DNA of 64,000 nt, taken from NCBI GenBank assembly GCA_963741955.1, contig CAVUKB010000001.1, positions 384,001 to 448,000 of the forward strand. The letters are read 5' to 3'. Below are positions 47,767 through 56,917 of the stretch, in pieces (position 1 is the first letter of the stretch; each line of letters begins with the position of its first letter). A program made the position numbers and the translations under genes. The notes under the pieces are model-generated. The model was not told where the DNA came from, searched no databases, and saw only the letters and a program-made list of their open reading frames with translations. Source of the stretch: an uncultured Acidobacteriota bacterium (GTDB lineage Bacteria > Acidobacteriota > Thermoanaerobaculia > Gp7-AA8).

Positions 47767-48045
47767 CAGCCCCGTAGGGGCGATTGACAATAGCCCAGGA
47801 CGCAGTCCTGGGATTCTTGACGCGGAAGACCACCCTTCGGAGACAGCCCCGTAGGGGCGATTGACAATAGCCCAGGACGCAGTCCTGGGGCCGAGGTTCC
47901 TGCGCGGAAGACCACGCTCGGGCAGCCCCGTAGGGGCGATTGACAATAGCCCAGGACGCAGTCCTGGGATTCTTGACGCGGAAGACCGCCCTTCGGAGGC
48001 AGCCCCGTAGGGGCGATTGACAATAGCCCGGGACGCAGTCCCGGG
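47767..48045. repeat. Four direct copies of a 46-bp REP-like double hairpin (BIME-like cluster)
   Basis: CAGCCCCGTAGGGGCGATTGACAATAGCCCAGGACGCAGTCCTGGG at 47767, 47844, 47923 and 48000; linkers 31/33/31 nt and related to each other. Confidence 0.92.
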
Positions 48046-48064
48046 GTCGAGGTTCCTTGCCGTC

Positions 48065-48096
48065 AAAAAAAGAGCCCCCGCGGGGCGGGGGCTCTC
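48065..48096 (-). terminator. Rho-independent terminator of the OmpA-family gene
   Basis: GAGCCCCCG...CGGGGGCTC stem with a T7 tail on the - strand. Confidence 0.85.
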
Positions 48097-48117
48097 AGAA
48101 GGATCGATGCGTGAAGC

Positions 48118-49545
48118 TCAGGGGATCACGAGTTTGATCACCACTCGCCGATTCTTCAGACGACCTTCGGCGGTCGAATTGTCGCCGACGGGTTCCGAAG
48201 TCCCTCGTGCTTCGATCGTGATCCGGGACGGATCGATTCCGTGACGGCTGACCAGGTAGTCACGCACGGCTTCGGCCCGGCGCCGGTCGAGATCGTTGTT
48301 CGGTCCGGTTTTTTCCTGCGTATCGGTGTAGCCGATCACCAGGGCAGTTGCATCCGGCTGCTGCTTCATCCGGAGTGCGACGTCGTCGAGGATCGCCTTG
48401 GCGATATTGGTCAGTCGCGCCGAGCCGGGCTCGAAATGAAGCTCCTCGGTCCGGATCTCCTGCGGCTGCGGGGGTGGTGCGGCAACCGGCGGTGGCGGTG
48501 GTGGAACCGGAGCCGCCTCGGGCGGTGCCGGCGGCGGAGGCACCGGTACGGGCGCAGGCGGTGGCGGAGCTACGGCCGCGAGATGAATCGGCGCGTAGTG
48601 GATGCCGAGAAGTCCACCGTACGGGCAGGAGTTGTTGTTGCTCGCGAGCATGGTGGTATTCGCACGGACTGCCGCGCTCAATCCCCACCCGCTCGTTCCG
48701 AACCAGTGACGAAGGCCGGTCAGGACGTAGACGATGTCGTCCGGCTGACGGTCGCCACCGTCGAACAGAATGGCGTTGACTTCACTGATCCAGTTCGTGG
48801 TGGCCCACCAGCCGAGGGGGACGTTGACCCCGCCGTTCAGCCGCCACTCGTTGGGAAGTGAGACGTCGGACGTATCGAAGCCCGCCGGCATGTCGCTCGC
48901 CGAGCGATCACCGATGATGGCGTACTGGCCACCCAGGCTCCAGATGCCGCTGTTCCAATGCAGCCCGACGCCGTAGTTCGTGTTCCCGTTCGTGATTCCC
49001 TCACCGGCATCACCCGTCTCGGGATCGACGAACATGGAGAGGGCGACCCGCGAACTGTGAGTCGCCGGATCGAGCAGCTGCACCTTCGTCGCGAGGTGGA
49101 GATTCCCCATCCCGTTCACGTCGAACTTGCCGATCTGCGGATATCCGTTGAGGTATCCCGCTTGATCGCCCGCGTTGTTCTTGATCATCTTGTACGGGAG
49201 CGCGGCAGTGACTTCCCACCGGTCCGTCAGACCGTACCCGACCGTAGCCGTGATCCGGTTCTCGTCCACGTCCATGTCGCGGTAGCTGCGCCGGCTCGGA
49301 GGGGCGAGCTCGGGAGCGGGGGCGAGCAGATAATCGAAGTTGTCGTAGTAAATTGAAAAAGACCAGTCGGCACGCTGAAGCGTATCGCCAGTGATTCCGA
49401 CGAAGAGTCCAGTCTCACCCGTGTCCGTCGGCGCGAGCAGGTGAAGCTGATCCTCGTAAGTAATAGTCTGGGCGAACGCCCCCGGCACCAACAGCAAGAA
49501 GCACAAAAGGGGCAGTATCAGACGCTTTGTGGAACGCAAAATCAC
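48118..49545 (-). CDS. OmpA family outer membrane protein (barrel, Pro linker, OmpA_C)
   Basis: Signal peptide; LHFEPGSARL...IGYTD...RRAEAVRDYL...KNRRV. Confidence 0.9.
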   Translation of the reverse strand: MILRSTKRLILPLLCFLLLVPGAFAQTITYEDQLHLLAPTDTGETGLFVGITGDTLQRADWSFSIYYDNFDYLLAPAPELAPPSRRSYRDMDVDENRITATVGYGLTDRWEVTAALPYKMIKNNAGDQAGYLNGYPQIGKFDVNGMGNLHLATKVQLLDPATHSSRVALSMFVDPETGDAGEGITNGNTNYGVGLHWNSGIWSLGGQYAIIGDRSASDMPAGFDTSDVSLPNEWRLNGGVNVPLGWWATTNWISEVNAILFDGGDRQPDDIVYVLTGLRHWFGTSGWGLSAAVRANTTMLASNNNSCPYGGLLGIHYAPIHLAAVAPPPPAPVPVPPPPAPPEAAPVPPPPPPVAAPPPQPQEIRTEELHFEPGSARLTNIAKAILDDVALRMKQQPDATALVIGYTDTQEKTGPNNDLDRRRAEAVRDYLVSRHGIDPSRITIEARGTSEPVGDNSTAEGRLKNRRVVIKLVIP

Positions 49546-49593
49546 ACCTCCTACAAGTCACACTTCGCGGCGTCAATCGCTTGCACCCGGGTT

Positions 49594-49608
49594 ACAATCT
49601 CCGTGCCA
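49594..49608 (-). promoter_or_regulatory. Sigma-54 promoter
   Basis: TGGCACGGAGATTGT. Confidence 0.55.
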
Positions 49609-49733
49609 GCAAATCCCGTTGTGGAGCCGAGCTAAGAAATGACCTCTCAAAAGCTTACCATAGCTCTGGCATGGGAAGCGAAAGGACCTGACCCCATCGG
49701 GTCAGGGCTTGAGTTGGCCTGAAAAGGAGGGAA

Positions 49734-51227
49734 ATGAGCTCCCCACGATCGCGCTCCGTACTGCTCGCTTCGGTACTGATGCTTTTTGTGTCTGCATACC
49801 CGTCTCCCGGCACGGCGGCCGGTGCTCAGGAGCAGACACTGCCGTGTCCCCCCGAGAGCCATCCGGTTCCTTCCCCGGCTCCGGCTCCTCCTCCGGCTCC
49901 CGCAGACCAGCGCCCTCCGCAGCCCTGCACTCCGACGCCACCTGCAGAATCAAACTCCCCCACTCCAGCCGCGGGGGCTCAGCCCTCCGCTCTTCCGCCG
50001 CCCTCGGAACCGGCTCAACTGGAGGGGACTCCCACCGCGGCACCCGAGGCGCCGCAGACCTCCCCCGCGTCTCCTCCGCCTGCGGCCGACGACACCCTCG
50101 CTCCGGTTCGTGAAGAGAAGGATCAGTTCCCGAACCTGAACCTCTATCTGCCGGAAGGCGAAGTCAACCTCCGGGTGCAGAAGCTGATCAAGAACGTTCT
50201 CTTCGAGAGCCAGGTCAATTACAAGTTCGTCGACGGGAGCATCTCGACGTTCCTCCGTTACAAGTACTACGCACGGAATTTCACCTACAAGATCGGCGTG
50301 TTCGATACGATCGATTTTCCCTCGATCGAGCGGGGAAGCCGGAACTTCGATCGAGTCCGCGGGGGCCTCCTTCTGTTCGAGCTGCCGCGCGACTTCAACA
50401 ACCGCTACTACCTCCTCATCCAGCTCGATGGACTCTCGTTCGGCGACGTCGACAATCCCGACAACAACAAGAGCAATCTCTACACGAAACTCGGATATCA
50501 GTACGGAACTCCCTTCGACGAGCGGCTCAACGGCATCGCCGGTGAGACCCGCGGCCGGATAACCCCCGTCCTCACCGCCTACCGTGATATCGGTCCCCAG
50601 AAGCTCGGGCTGGCCGTCGGGATCACGGAAGGACTGAATTCGGTCGGCGGCGATTATCACTACACGAAGCTCGAAGTGGAGGGACTCAAGCGCTTCGATT
50701 TTCGTCCGCTCTCGTCGTTTCTCGTCAGCAGACTTCACTTCGGGACGATGTTGCAGAAGGATCGCGTGCTGCACCCGCCACCCACCGGCGACGGAACCAC
50801 CACGCCGATGCTCGAGTTCTCCGATTTCTCGGTGCCGAGATACGAGGATTTCAAACTCGGGGGGAGAGAGGCGATGAAGGGGGTGAACGACAGGTTCCGA
50901 GGCAGCGACGAAGTTCACCTGAGCGACGAATACTTCGTCCCGCTGTTCCGCGACGTCGACCATCGATTTCTCGGCGCGCACTGGAACGATCTGTATGGCA
51001 TTCTCTACAACGGCGTCGGCACGGTCGGTTTCACGCGCAGTCCACTGCGGCCGACCAGAGACTCGGAGTTCGGGAAGATCGTAGTCGACGGGGGCGTCGG
51101 ATTCGAAGCGGGTCTGACCATTCGCGACTATCAGGTCCTTCTCAGCGCGGTTTACGCGCGCACCATCACCGCGCCTCTCGCCTTCCAGGGAGACCAGTTT
51201 CGCCTTTCGGTGCGCACCGTCCACTGA
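49734..51227 (+). CDS. Outer-membrane beta-barrel protein (Omp85-like, no POTRA) with Pro-rich N-terminus
   Basis: Signal peptide, Pro-rich region, FKLGGREAMKG (Omp85 loop-6-like), alternating beta-strand pattern. Confidence 0.6.
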   Translation: MSSPRSRSVLLASVLMLFVSAYPSPGTAAGAQEQTLPCPPESHPVPSPAPAPPPAPADQRPPQPCTPTPPAESNSPTPAAGAQPSALPPPSEPAQLEGTPTAAPEAPQTSPASPPPAADDTLAPVREEKDQFPNLNLYLPEGEVNLRVQKLIKNVLFESQVNYKFVDGSISTFLRYKYYARNFTYKIGVFDTIDFPSIERGSRNFDRVRGGLLLFELPRDFNNRYYLLIQLDGLSFGDVDNPDNNKSNLYTKLGYQYGTPFDERLNGIAGETRGRITPVLTAYRDIGPQKLGLAVGITEGLNSVGGDYHYTKLEVEGLKRFDFRPLSSFLVSRLHFGTMLQKDRVLHPPPTGDGTTTPMLEFSDFSVPRYEDFKLGGREAMKGVNDRFRGSDEVHLSDEYFVPLFRDVDHRFLGAHWNDLYGILYNGVGTVGFTRSPLRPTRDSEFGKIVVDGGVGFEAGLTIRDYQVLLSAVYARTITAPLAFQGDQFRLSVRTVH

Positions 51228-51257
51228 GACGCGGACAGCTGAGACACGGACGCTGCA

Positions 51258-51752
51258 CTACATCGTGAGATCGAATGTCGCACCGCGGACGCCGTCGACT
51301 CTTCGCACGATGTTGCGTGCGACCTCACGCTGCATGTCGTAGCGGACGTTTCCGGTGACGCTGATCCACCCGTTTCGCGAATCGACCCGGAACTGACATC
51401 CGGCGAGCGAGCGCGATAGATAGAGGGCACGCTCGACGGTCCGCTCGAGTGCCGCGTCGTCGATCGGGGGCACCACGCGGATCATGTTCGCGACTCGTCG
51501 GATGCCCAGACTCTTCAGTACCGAATCCGCTCGCCGGAGCGTCTCCGCATCGGGGACTCGCCCGCGTACGATCACCACTCCGTCCATGCGGACGACACTC
51601 AGCTGTCCGACCGCCACTCCCGCTCGGGCAAGACCGCTGGCGATGATTTCCCCGGTCGGCGAAGCCGCGCGCAGTGGGCCCGGCGAGAGAATGAGAATTG
51701 ATGAGAGCAGCGCGATCCAGATCGCGACGCTTTTGATTGAGCTCGTATTCAT
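51258..51752 (-). CDS. Dual BON domain protein
   Basis: Signal peptide; GVVIVRGRV..., DDAALERTVERAL...VTGNV...VDGVRG. Confidence 0.85.
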   Translation of the reverse strand: MNTSSIKSVAIWIALLSSILILSPGPLRAASPTGEIIASGLARAGVAVGQLSVVRMDGVVIVRGRVPDAETLRRADSVLKSLGIRRVANMIRVVPPIDDAALERTVERALYLSRSLAGCQFRVDSRNGWISVTGNVRYDMQREVARNIVRRVDGVRGATFDLTM

Positions 51753-51766
51753 ACCGTATAGAAGAC

Positions 51767-51781
51767 TCAATCCTCGTGCCA
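51767..51781 (-). promoter_or_regulatory. Sigma-54 promoter
   Basis: TGGCACGAGGATTGA. Confidence 0.55.
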
Positions 51782-51783
51782 TG

Positions 51784-51810
51784 AAAAAGGCGGCGCAAGC
51801 GCCGCCTTTT
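51784..51810. terminator. Bidirectional rho-independent terminator
   Basis: AAAAAGGCGGCG-CAAG-CGCCGCCTTTT. Confidence 0.85.
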
Positions 51811-51836
51811 CAGTAGTTTGCAGGCAGGACCGATAA

Positions 51837-52964
51837 TCAGAACCTGAGAATCGCTCCCACTCCGTCATGCCGGTCCAGCACGGTACCGGCCGGAGCGAAC
51901 GTGACCTCGCCATCCTCGAGCATTGCGGCCGAGATGAACTCCTCGATCAGATCGACCGTCACCACCTGTTCGCCGCAGACCGGGCAGCCGAGGGACATCG
52001 TATGCCCGACGATGCCGCACTTCGGACAGCGCCAGCCTCGCGTCTCGGTTCCCCGGGCCACGAACAGCTCCTCGAGCTTCCGCTGGTTGACCGCGTCGGC
52101 GACACGGCTGATCCCGAACGCACCGCGCCCGTTTCCGCGAGCGTGATTCTCCAGCTCATCCAGCCGCTGGCTGAGAGCTCCGGCCGCACGGTTCCGGATC
52201 AGCGCGTTGCATTCCGAGATGACTTCGGTGATGGTCGCGTTCATGTCCAGACGCAGTGTTCCGAAGATCGACGACTCCACCCGCTTCGGCAGGAAGCTCC
52301 GGAAGTTCGCGACGTTTCGCTCCTGACCCGACAGGATCACTCCACGAACCCGATCCTGTTCACAGATCCGGGTGAGAATCTCTGCGACCTCTTTCTGGTG
52401 CCGGTCGACGTGATCCTGAAAATGCTCCTGCACATGCGCGGCGTTCGCATACTGAGCGCTTCCGCGCGGCTTCTTTCCGCGGGGAAGATCCGGATGCTCC
52501 AGATCGATTTCCCAGAGGATTCGTGCAAGCTCCAGCTCGAACAGCCGGGCGGACTTCGCGTCGATCATCGCCACCGCGATCGGGGGATGATCCTCCTGCA
52601 ACTCGACCAGCTGCCGCAGATGTGGCCGGCTCCCGATGAAGAGACTCGGAGTGACCTGCACGGGCAACTGCAGCGGCAGGAAGAAGTCGCCGTTCGGACC
52701 GTAGAACATTGCTACTCCTCGGGTGCCCGGCTCGAGCTCGCTGTGAAAATACTCTTCGATGCGGCGGATCCCTTTCTCGATCCCACCGTCACCTCCTGCT
52801 TCTGCTCCGAGCGCGTCGCGGATCTTCTGAATCTCGTGTTTGATGAAGAGGCGGATCCGGTCACGCTGTGATTCGTCGTTGCGTTGTGTATCGATGTAGA
52901 GACTCAGAAAGGGACCCTCGGTTTCCTTTCGGTCCGCGAGCTGCCTGATCTGATTCTCGAGCAT
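51837..52964 (-). CDS. Bacterial archaeo-eukaryotic release factor-like protein (baeRF / Vms1-like)
   Basis: FLSLYID, RGVAMF, PHLRQL, DAKSARLF, CxxC...CPVC, GVGAILRF C-terminus. Confidence 0.82.
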   Translation of the reverse strand: MLENQIRQLADRKETEGPFLSLYIDTQRNDESQRDRIRLFIKHEIQKIRDALGAEAGGDGGIEKGIRRIEEYFHSELEPGTRGVAMFYGPNGDFFLPLQLPVQVTPSLFIGSRPHLRQLVELQEDHPPIAVAMIDAKSARLFELELARILWEIDLEHPDLPRGKKPRGSAQYANAAHVQEHFQDHVDRHQKEVAEILTRICEQDRVRGVILSGQERNVANFRSFLPKRVESSIFGTLRLDMNATITEVISECNALIRNRAAGALSQRLDELENHARGNGRGAFGISRVADAVNQRKLEELFVARGTETRGWRCPKCGIVGHTMSLGCPVCGEQVVTVDLIEEFISAAMLEDGEVTFAPAGTVLDRHDGVGAILRF

Positions 52965-52980
52965 GAAAACCTCCTCTCCG

Positions 52981-53133
52981 CTAGATTCGGACTGTACCTG
53001 TGGCGAGTGCATTGCGTTCTGCAAGCGCGTAGCTGTTTTCGCTTTTTCGGTGGTTCTGGACGGCCCAGACGAGGATGACCAGCACGACGAGGAGAATTCC
53101 GATTGCCACGAGGGCTGCAATTCGTCGGAGCAT
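52981..53133 (-). CDS. Small single-TM protein
   Basis: MLRRIAALVAIGILLVVLVILVWAVQ; lies between a sigma-54 box and baeRF. Confidence 0.5.
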   Translation of the reverse strand: MLRRIAALVAIGILLVVLVILVWAVQNHRKSENSYALAERNALATGTVRI

Positions 53134-53155
53134 GTCGAGTGCTGGTGATTTTCGA

Positions 53156-53171
53156 AGCAACGGAGATGCCA
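53156..53171 (-). promoter_or_regulatory. Sigma-54 promoter
   Basis: TGGCATCTCCGTTGCT, near consensus. Confidence 0.65.
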
Positions 53172-53425
53172 CGATCCGTTCGACCTCTCTTCAATCTACG
53201 GCCTCGGAGCGCATCTGAAAAGGGACCGTTGGATATAAATTCGAAGATGTCGGTGGGGAGCCTCGGCGGCGGAAATCCTTGTTTCTCGCGGATCGAGACC
53301 TGCGGAAGAAAGGGAGGTGGCGATGGCCTCGCTCCACGGTCCGTGGAGTCATTCCGTCTCGTGAGAGAATGGAAGGGAGCGGAGCGGTGGTTGTCCCGTT
53401 CCCGGAAGAAAAGTCCGGTCTGTCG

Positions 53426-55228
53426 ATGATGGAGAGCTCGATCGCAGGAACCTCGCGTATTCACGTCCTCGGTGGCGATCTGGTCAATCAGATTGCCGCC
53501 GGTGAGGTCGTGGAGCGTCCGGCGTCCGTGGTCAAGGAACTGGTCGAAAACGCGATCGACGCCGGCGCCGGCATGGTCGACGTCGAGCTCGAGAATGGTG
53601 GGAAGCGGCTGATCCAGATCAGCGACGACGGATGCGGGATGTCATCGGCTGACGCGGCGCTCGCACTCGAACGCCACGCGACCTCGAAGATCGCGCGCTT
53701 CGAGGATCTCCTTTCGGTCGGGACGCTCGGATTCCGGGGCGAAGCGCTCCCATCCATCGCCAGCGTTTCCCGATTCCGACTCGTGACGTGGGACGGACTC
53801 GAGCCGCATGGAGTGGAGATCGACTGCGACACCGGCCGGCCCGAGAGCCGTCCTGCGGCGCGAGACCGCGGCACGACCATCACCGTGCGCGAGCTTTTCG
53901 AGAATGTCCCCGCTCGAAGGAAGTTCCTCAAGAGCGTCGATTCCGAATACCGGGCCATCATCTCGGTCGTCACCTCGTACGCTCTTCCCGCGCCCGATCG
54001 TGCATTCAGGGTCACTCACAACGGGCGGGTCGTTCTGGATCTCCCGGCCGCCGTCACAGCGAGCGAACGAGTCGCACAGATTCTCGGCAGGGACGCGGTT
54101 GAACACCTCGTTCCGATCGATACGACGATCGACGGCTGTCGCGCGAGCGGGTTCGTCACCCGCGGTCTCCGGTACGGAAGCCGGCGCAATCAGTTCTTTT
54201 TCGTCAACGGCCGTCTGGTCAAAGACCGTGTCCTGATGCACGCCGTGACCCGAGCGGTCTCGGCGTTCGATGCGGACGGTCATCCGGCGGTGGTCCTCTT
54301 CCTCTCGCTCGATCCGGATCAGGTCGACGTGAACGTCCACCCTGCGAAAACCGAAGTTCGCTTCCGGAACTCGGGCCTGGTCCACGTGGTGATCGAACAA
54401 TCGGTCAAACGGGCCCTCGGCGGAGCCGAGGAAGGGAAACGCCTCCTTCAACGACCCGAGGCCGGTGCGTCCTTTCCGGAGCGGGAGATCATCCACGACA
54501 GGAACGGGAATGCGATCTCTCCGGCCGGCCTTTTCCCGCCGACGCTCTCCGCAGAGATCCGGACGTCCGCGACGCCGCCGCTCGAGTTGACTCCCCTCTT
54601 TCGGAGGGGCCCCGTCGTACAACCCCCGCGGGAAGAAGCGCCCGTGGATCTCGGTGACCTGCAGGGGAAGGTCATCGGGCAGTACCGATTCAGCTACATC
54701 CTGATCGACATGCCCGGCGGGCTGCGTCTGGTCGACCAGCACGTGGCGCATGAACGAGTGCTGTACGATCGCATCGCAGCGAGGATGAAGGAGGCCATCG
54801 ATTCGCAAACTCTCCTGACCCCGTTCCTGTACGAGACGGGAGCGGCGGAAGCGGGAATCCTCGACTCCCATCTCGAAGAGCTCCGCGCGATCGGTTTCGA
54901 GATCGAGCGTTTTTCCGGCAACAGTTTTGCGGTCTCGTCGATCCCCGTGATTCTCGGACGCGAGACGGTTGCCTCGTTCATCCGCAAGCTGATCGATGCT
55001 TCGATGGACGAACGTCTCTCCCACGTGGCGCACATTCGAGAACGGGTGATCGCGAGTCTCGCCTGTCAGGCGGCGATCAAAGTTCACCGGCCGCTCGGAG
55101 GAACCGAGATGTCGAAGCTGGTGGAAGAGCTTCTCGCATCCTCCAATCCCTACGCCTGTCCCCACGGCCGGCCGATCATCGTCGACATCCGTCATCCGGA
55201 TATCGAGAAACATTTTCATCGGGTGTGA
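53426..55228 (+). CDS. mutL: DNA mismatch repair protein MutL
   Basis: NQIAAGEVVERP, GFRGEAL, DVNVHPAK, DQHVAHER, ACQAAIK, CPHGRP. Confidence 0.97.
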   Translation: MMESSIAGTSRIHVLGGDLVNQIAAGEVVERPASVVKELVENAIDAGAGMVDVELENGGKRLIQISDDGCGMSSADAALALERHATSKIARFEDLLSVGTLGFRGEALPSIASVSRFRLVTWDGLEPHGVEIDCDTGRPESRPAARDRGTTITVRELFENVPARRKFLKSVDSEYRAIISVVTSYALPAPDRAFRVTHNGRVVLDLPAAVTASERVAQILGRDAVEHLVPIDTTIDGCRASGFVTRGLRYGSRRNQFFFVNGRLVKDRVLMHAVTRAVSAFDADGHPAVVLFLSLDPDQVDVNVHPAKTEVRFRNSGLVHVVIEQSVKRALGGAEEGKRLLQRPEAGASFPEREIIHDRNGNAISPAGLFPPTLSAEIRTSATPPLELTPLFRRGPVVQPPREEAPVDLGDLQGKVIGQYRFSYILIDMPGGLRLVDQHVAHERVLYDRIAARMKEAIDSQTLLTPFLYETGAAEAGILDSHLEELRAIGFEIERFSGNSFAVSSIPVILGRETVASFIRKLIDASMDERLSHVAHIRERVIASLACQAAIKVHRPLGGTEMSKLVEELLASSNPYACPHGRPIIVDIRHPDIEKHFHRV

Positions 55229-55659
55229 GACCGTTTCGCGCACTCCTTCGCCTGTTGCCGGTCCGGACGTGGACCGCGCCTCTGCTCGGTCGCGCGGGAG
55301 AGCGCCGCGCCGCGTGGTATTACCGGATCCGCGGCTTCCGGGTCGTCGAACGAAATGCCCGAGTGGGGGAGGGTGAGATCGATCTCATTCTCCGGCGGCG
55401 CCGGCTCTGGGTCTTCGCAGAGGTGAAGAGCCGCCAGGGCGAGAGCTCACGAGAGCCGTGGGAGGCGGTGGACCGCGCCAAACAGCTGCAGGTCATGAAG
55501 CTGGCTGATCGTTGGCTGCGGGCCCGGAAAACGGAACCGCTCGTGGTGCGATTCGACGTGGTCTCCCTCCGCTGGAACGGATGGAGATTCGAGATGAAGG
55601 TATTCGAGGATGCATTCCGTCCTCTTGCAGACCCTCGGGCTCCGTGGCGCTGGAAGTGA
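55225..55659 (+). CDS. yraN: YraN family endonuclease
   Basis: GRAGE...GEIDLI...FAEVKSR...RFDVV. Confidence 0.88.
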   Translation: MRPFRALLRLLPVRTWTAPLLGRAGERRAAWYYRIRGFRVVERNARVGEGEIDLILRRRRLWVFAEVKSRQGESSREPWEAVDRAKQLQVMKLADRWLRARKTEPLVVRFDVVSLRWNGWRFEMKVFEDAFRPLADPRAPWRWK

Positions 55660-55766
55660 CTCTCCGTCACGCATGGCTGTGACTCGGGGGGTGCAAAGCA
55701 CTCCTGTTCCGCCCTACATTGAATTTGGGGACATCGCTGGCCGAACGGGCCAGGGACAGGTGAATC

Positions 55767-56210
55767 ATGAAGACCAGAGAGGTCATGACCCCATATCCAA
55801 CCTGCTGCCGTCCGGACGCCACGCTCGACGACGTCGCGCGGCTGATGGTCGAGAACAACTGCGGCGAAATTCCGATCTGTGAAGAGGGTCGGGTCGTGGG
55901 TGTCGTCACCGACCGGGACATCGTCTGCCGCGTCGTCGCGTGCGGAAAGAACCCCGCAGAAGTCGAAGCGAGAGGCTGTATGAGCTCCCCCGCCGCAACG
56001 ATCGGCGAGCAGGAGCCGCTCGAGAAGGCGATCGGCATCATGCAGGATCTCCGGATCCGGCGGCTTCCGGTGGTGGACAGTTCGGAGAAGATCGTAGGGA
56101 TCGTTTCGCTTTCCGACGTCGCCGAACGGATCGGCGAACGGGAAGTCGGACAGATCGTGTACGAGATCACGCACCAGTTGCATCGGAAGGAGCCGTCGCC
56201 AGTCGGATGA
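55767..56210 (+). CDS. CBS domain protein
   Basis: VMT...CGEIP...GVVTDRDIVCR...IRRLPVVD...GIVSLSD. Confidence 0.9.
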   Translation: MKTREVMTPYPTCCRPDATLDDVARLMVENNCGEIPICEEGRVVGVVTDRDIVCRVVACGKNPAEVEARGCMSSPAATIGEQEPLEKAIGIMQDLRIRRLPVVDSSEKIVGIVSLSDVAERIGEREVGQIVYEITHQLHRKEPSPVG

Positions 56211-56243
56211 ACGACGAGGCGGGCGGCAACCGGAAGGTGAGCC

Positions 56244-56678
56244 ATGAAGAAGGACGACCGATTGATTCGATGGGCAGAGCGTGAAGTGAAGGATGAGAAT
56301 CGCAACGGAATCGACGACGAACTCGAGCCGCCGGAGCCGTCATCCGGAACGAGGGGACGGCTGCAGCTGGGGAGATCCGACGGGGAGCCGCTGACCGGGG
56401 GAGACCCCGACGCGGACTGGGGAGAGGCCGAATCGAGCGGAGAGGAGACGGTGGGAAGCGGGTCGGTGAGTCCGGAGCTCAATGACGTCGAACAGATCGG
56501 AGTGGCTGCGGGAGTCCGCTATTCGGAAGGAGAGATGCTTCGGCCCGGAGAGAAGGAAGAAGATCGCGATCACCGCCGTTGGGAGCTCGATCCTGCTTCG
56601 AGCGAAGATTACGCCGAGCGGCTTCACGAGCATGCAGTCAGCTCGAAAGTACGCAAGTCGCATTTCACCGGAGAGTGA
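56244..56678 (+). CDS. DUF6335-like acidic protein
   Basis: LTGGDPDADW..AESSGEETVG...VEQIGVAAG...RDHRRWELDPASSED. Confidence 0.75.
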   Translation: MKKDDRLIRWAEREVKDENRNGIDDELEPPEPSSGTRGRLQLGRSDGEPLTGGDPDADWGEAESSGEETVGSGSVSPELNDVEQIGVAAGVRYSEGEMLRPGEKEEDRDHRRWELDPASSEDYAERLHEHAVSSKVRKSHFTGE

Positions 56679-56688
56679 AGCGCAAACG

Positions 56689-56713
56689 AAAAGGGACCGC
56701 GGATGCGGTCCCT
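56689..56713 (-). terminator. Terminator downstream of tRNA-Gly
   Basis: GGGACCGC-loop-GCGGTCCC with a T tail on the - strand. Confidence 0.7.
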
Positions 56714-56727
56714 CGATCGTTGTCGGA

Positions 56728-56803
<76 letters not shown>

Positions 56804-56837
56804 GAACTTCTGCGACGGCACGGCTCGCAGGGCGCGT

Positions 56838-56866
56838 AATGTAATCGAGCCGCACCGAGCTGTCAA
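56838..56866 (-). promoter_or_regulatory. Sigma-70 promoter of tRNA-Gly
   Basis: TTGACA-17 bp-TACATT followed by a GC-rich discriminator. Confidence 0.7.
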
Positions 56867-56917
56867 GCGCTGGAAACGGCCCCCGGTCGGGCTCTATTCC
56901 GGCCCCGGCGCTCTCTC

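Noticed and set aside
47767-48045. CRISPR array
   Set aside because: Spacers are related to each other and alternate, there is no leader or cas gene, and the repeat belongs to the REP-like family
46357-48066. 569-aa - strand ORF
   Set aside because: Artefact joining the REP cluster, the tdk N-part and antisense sequence through the tdk frameshift
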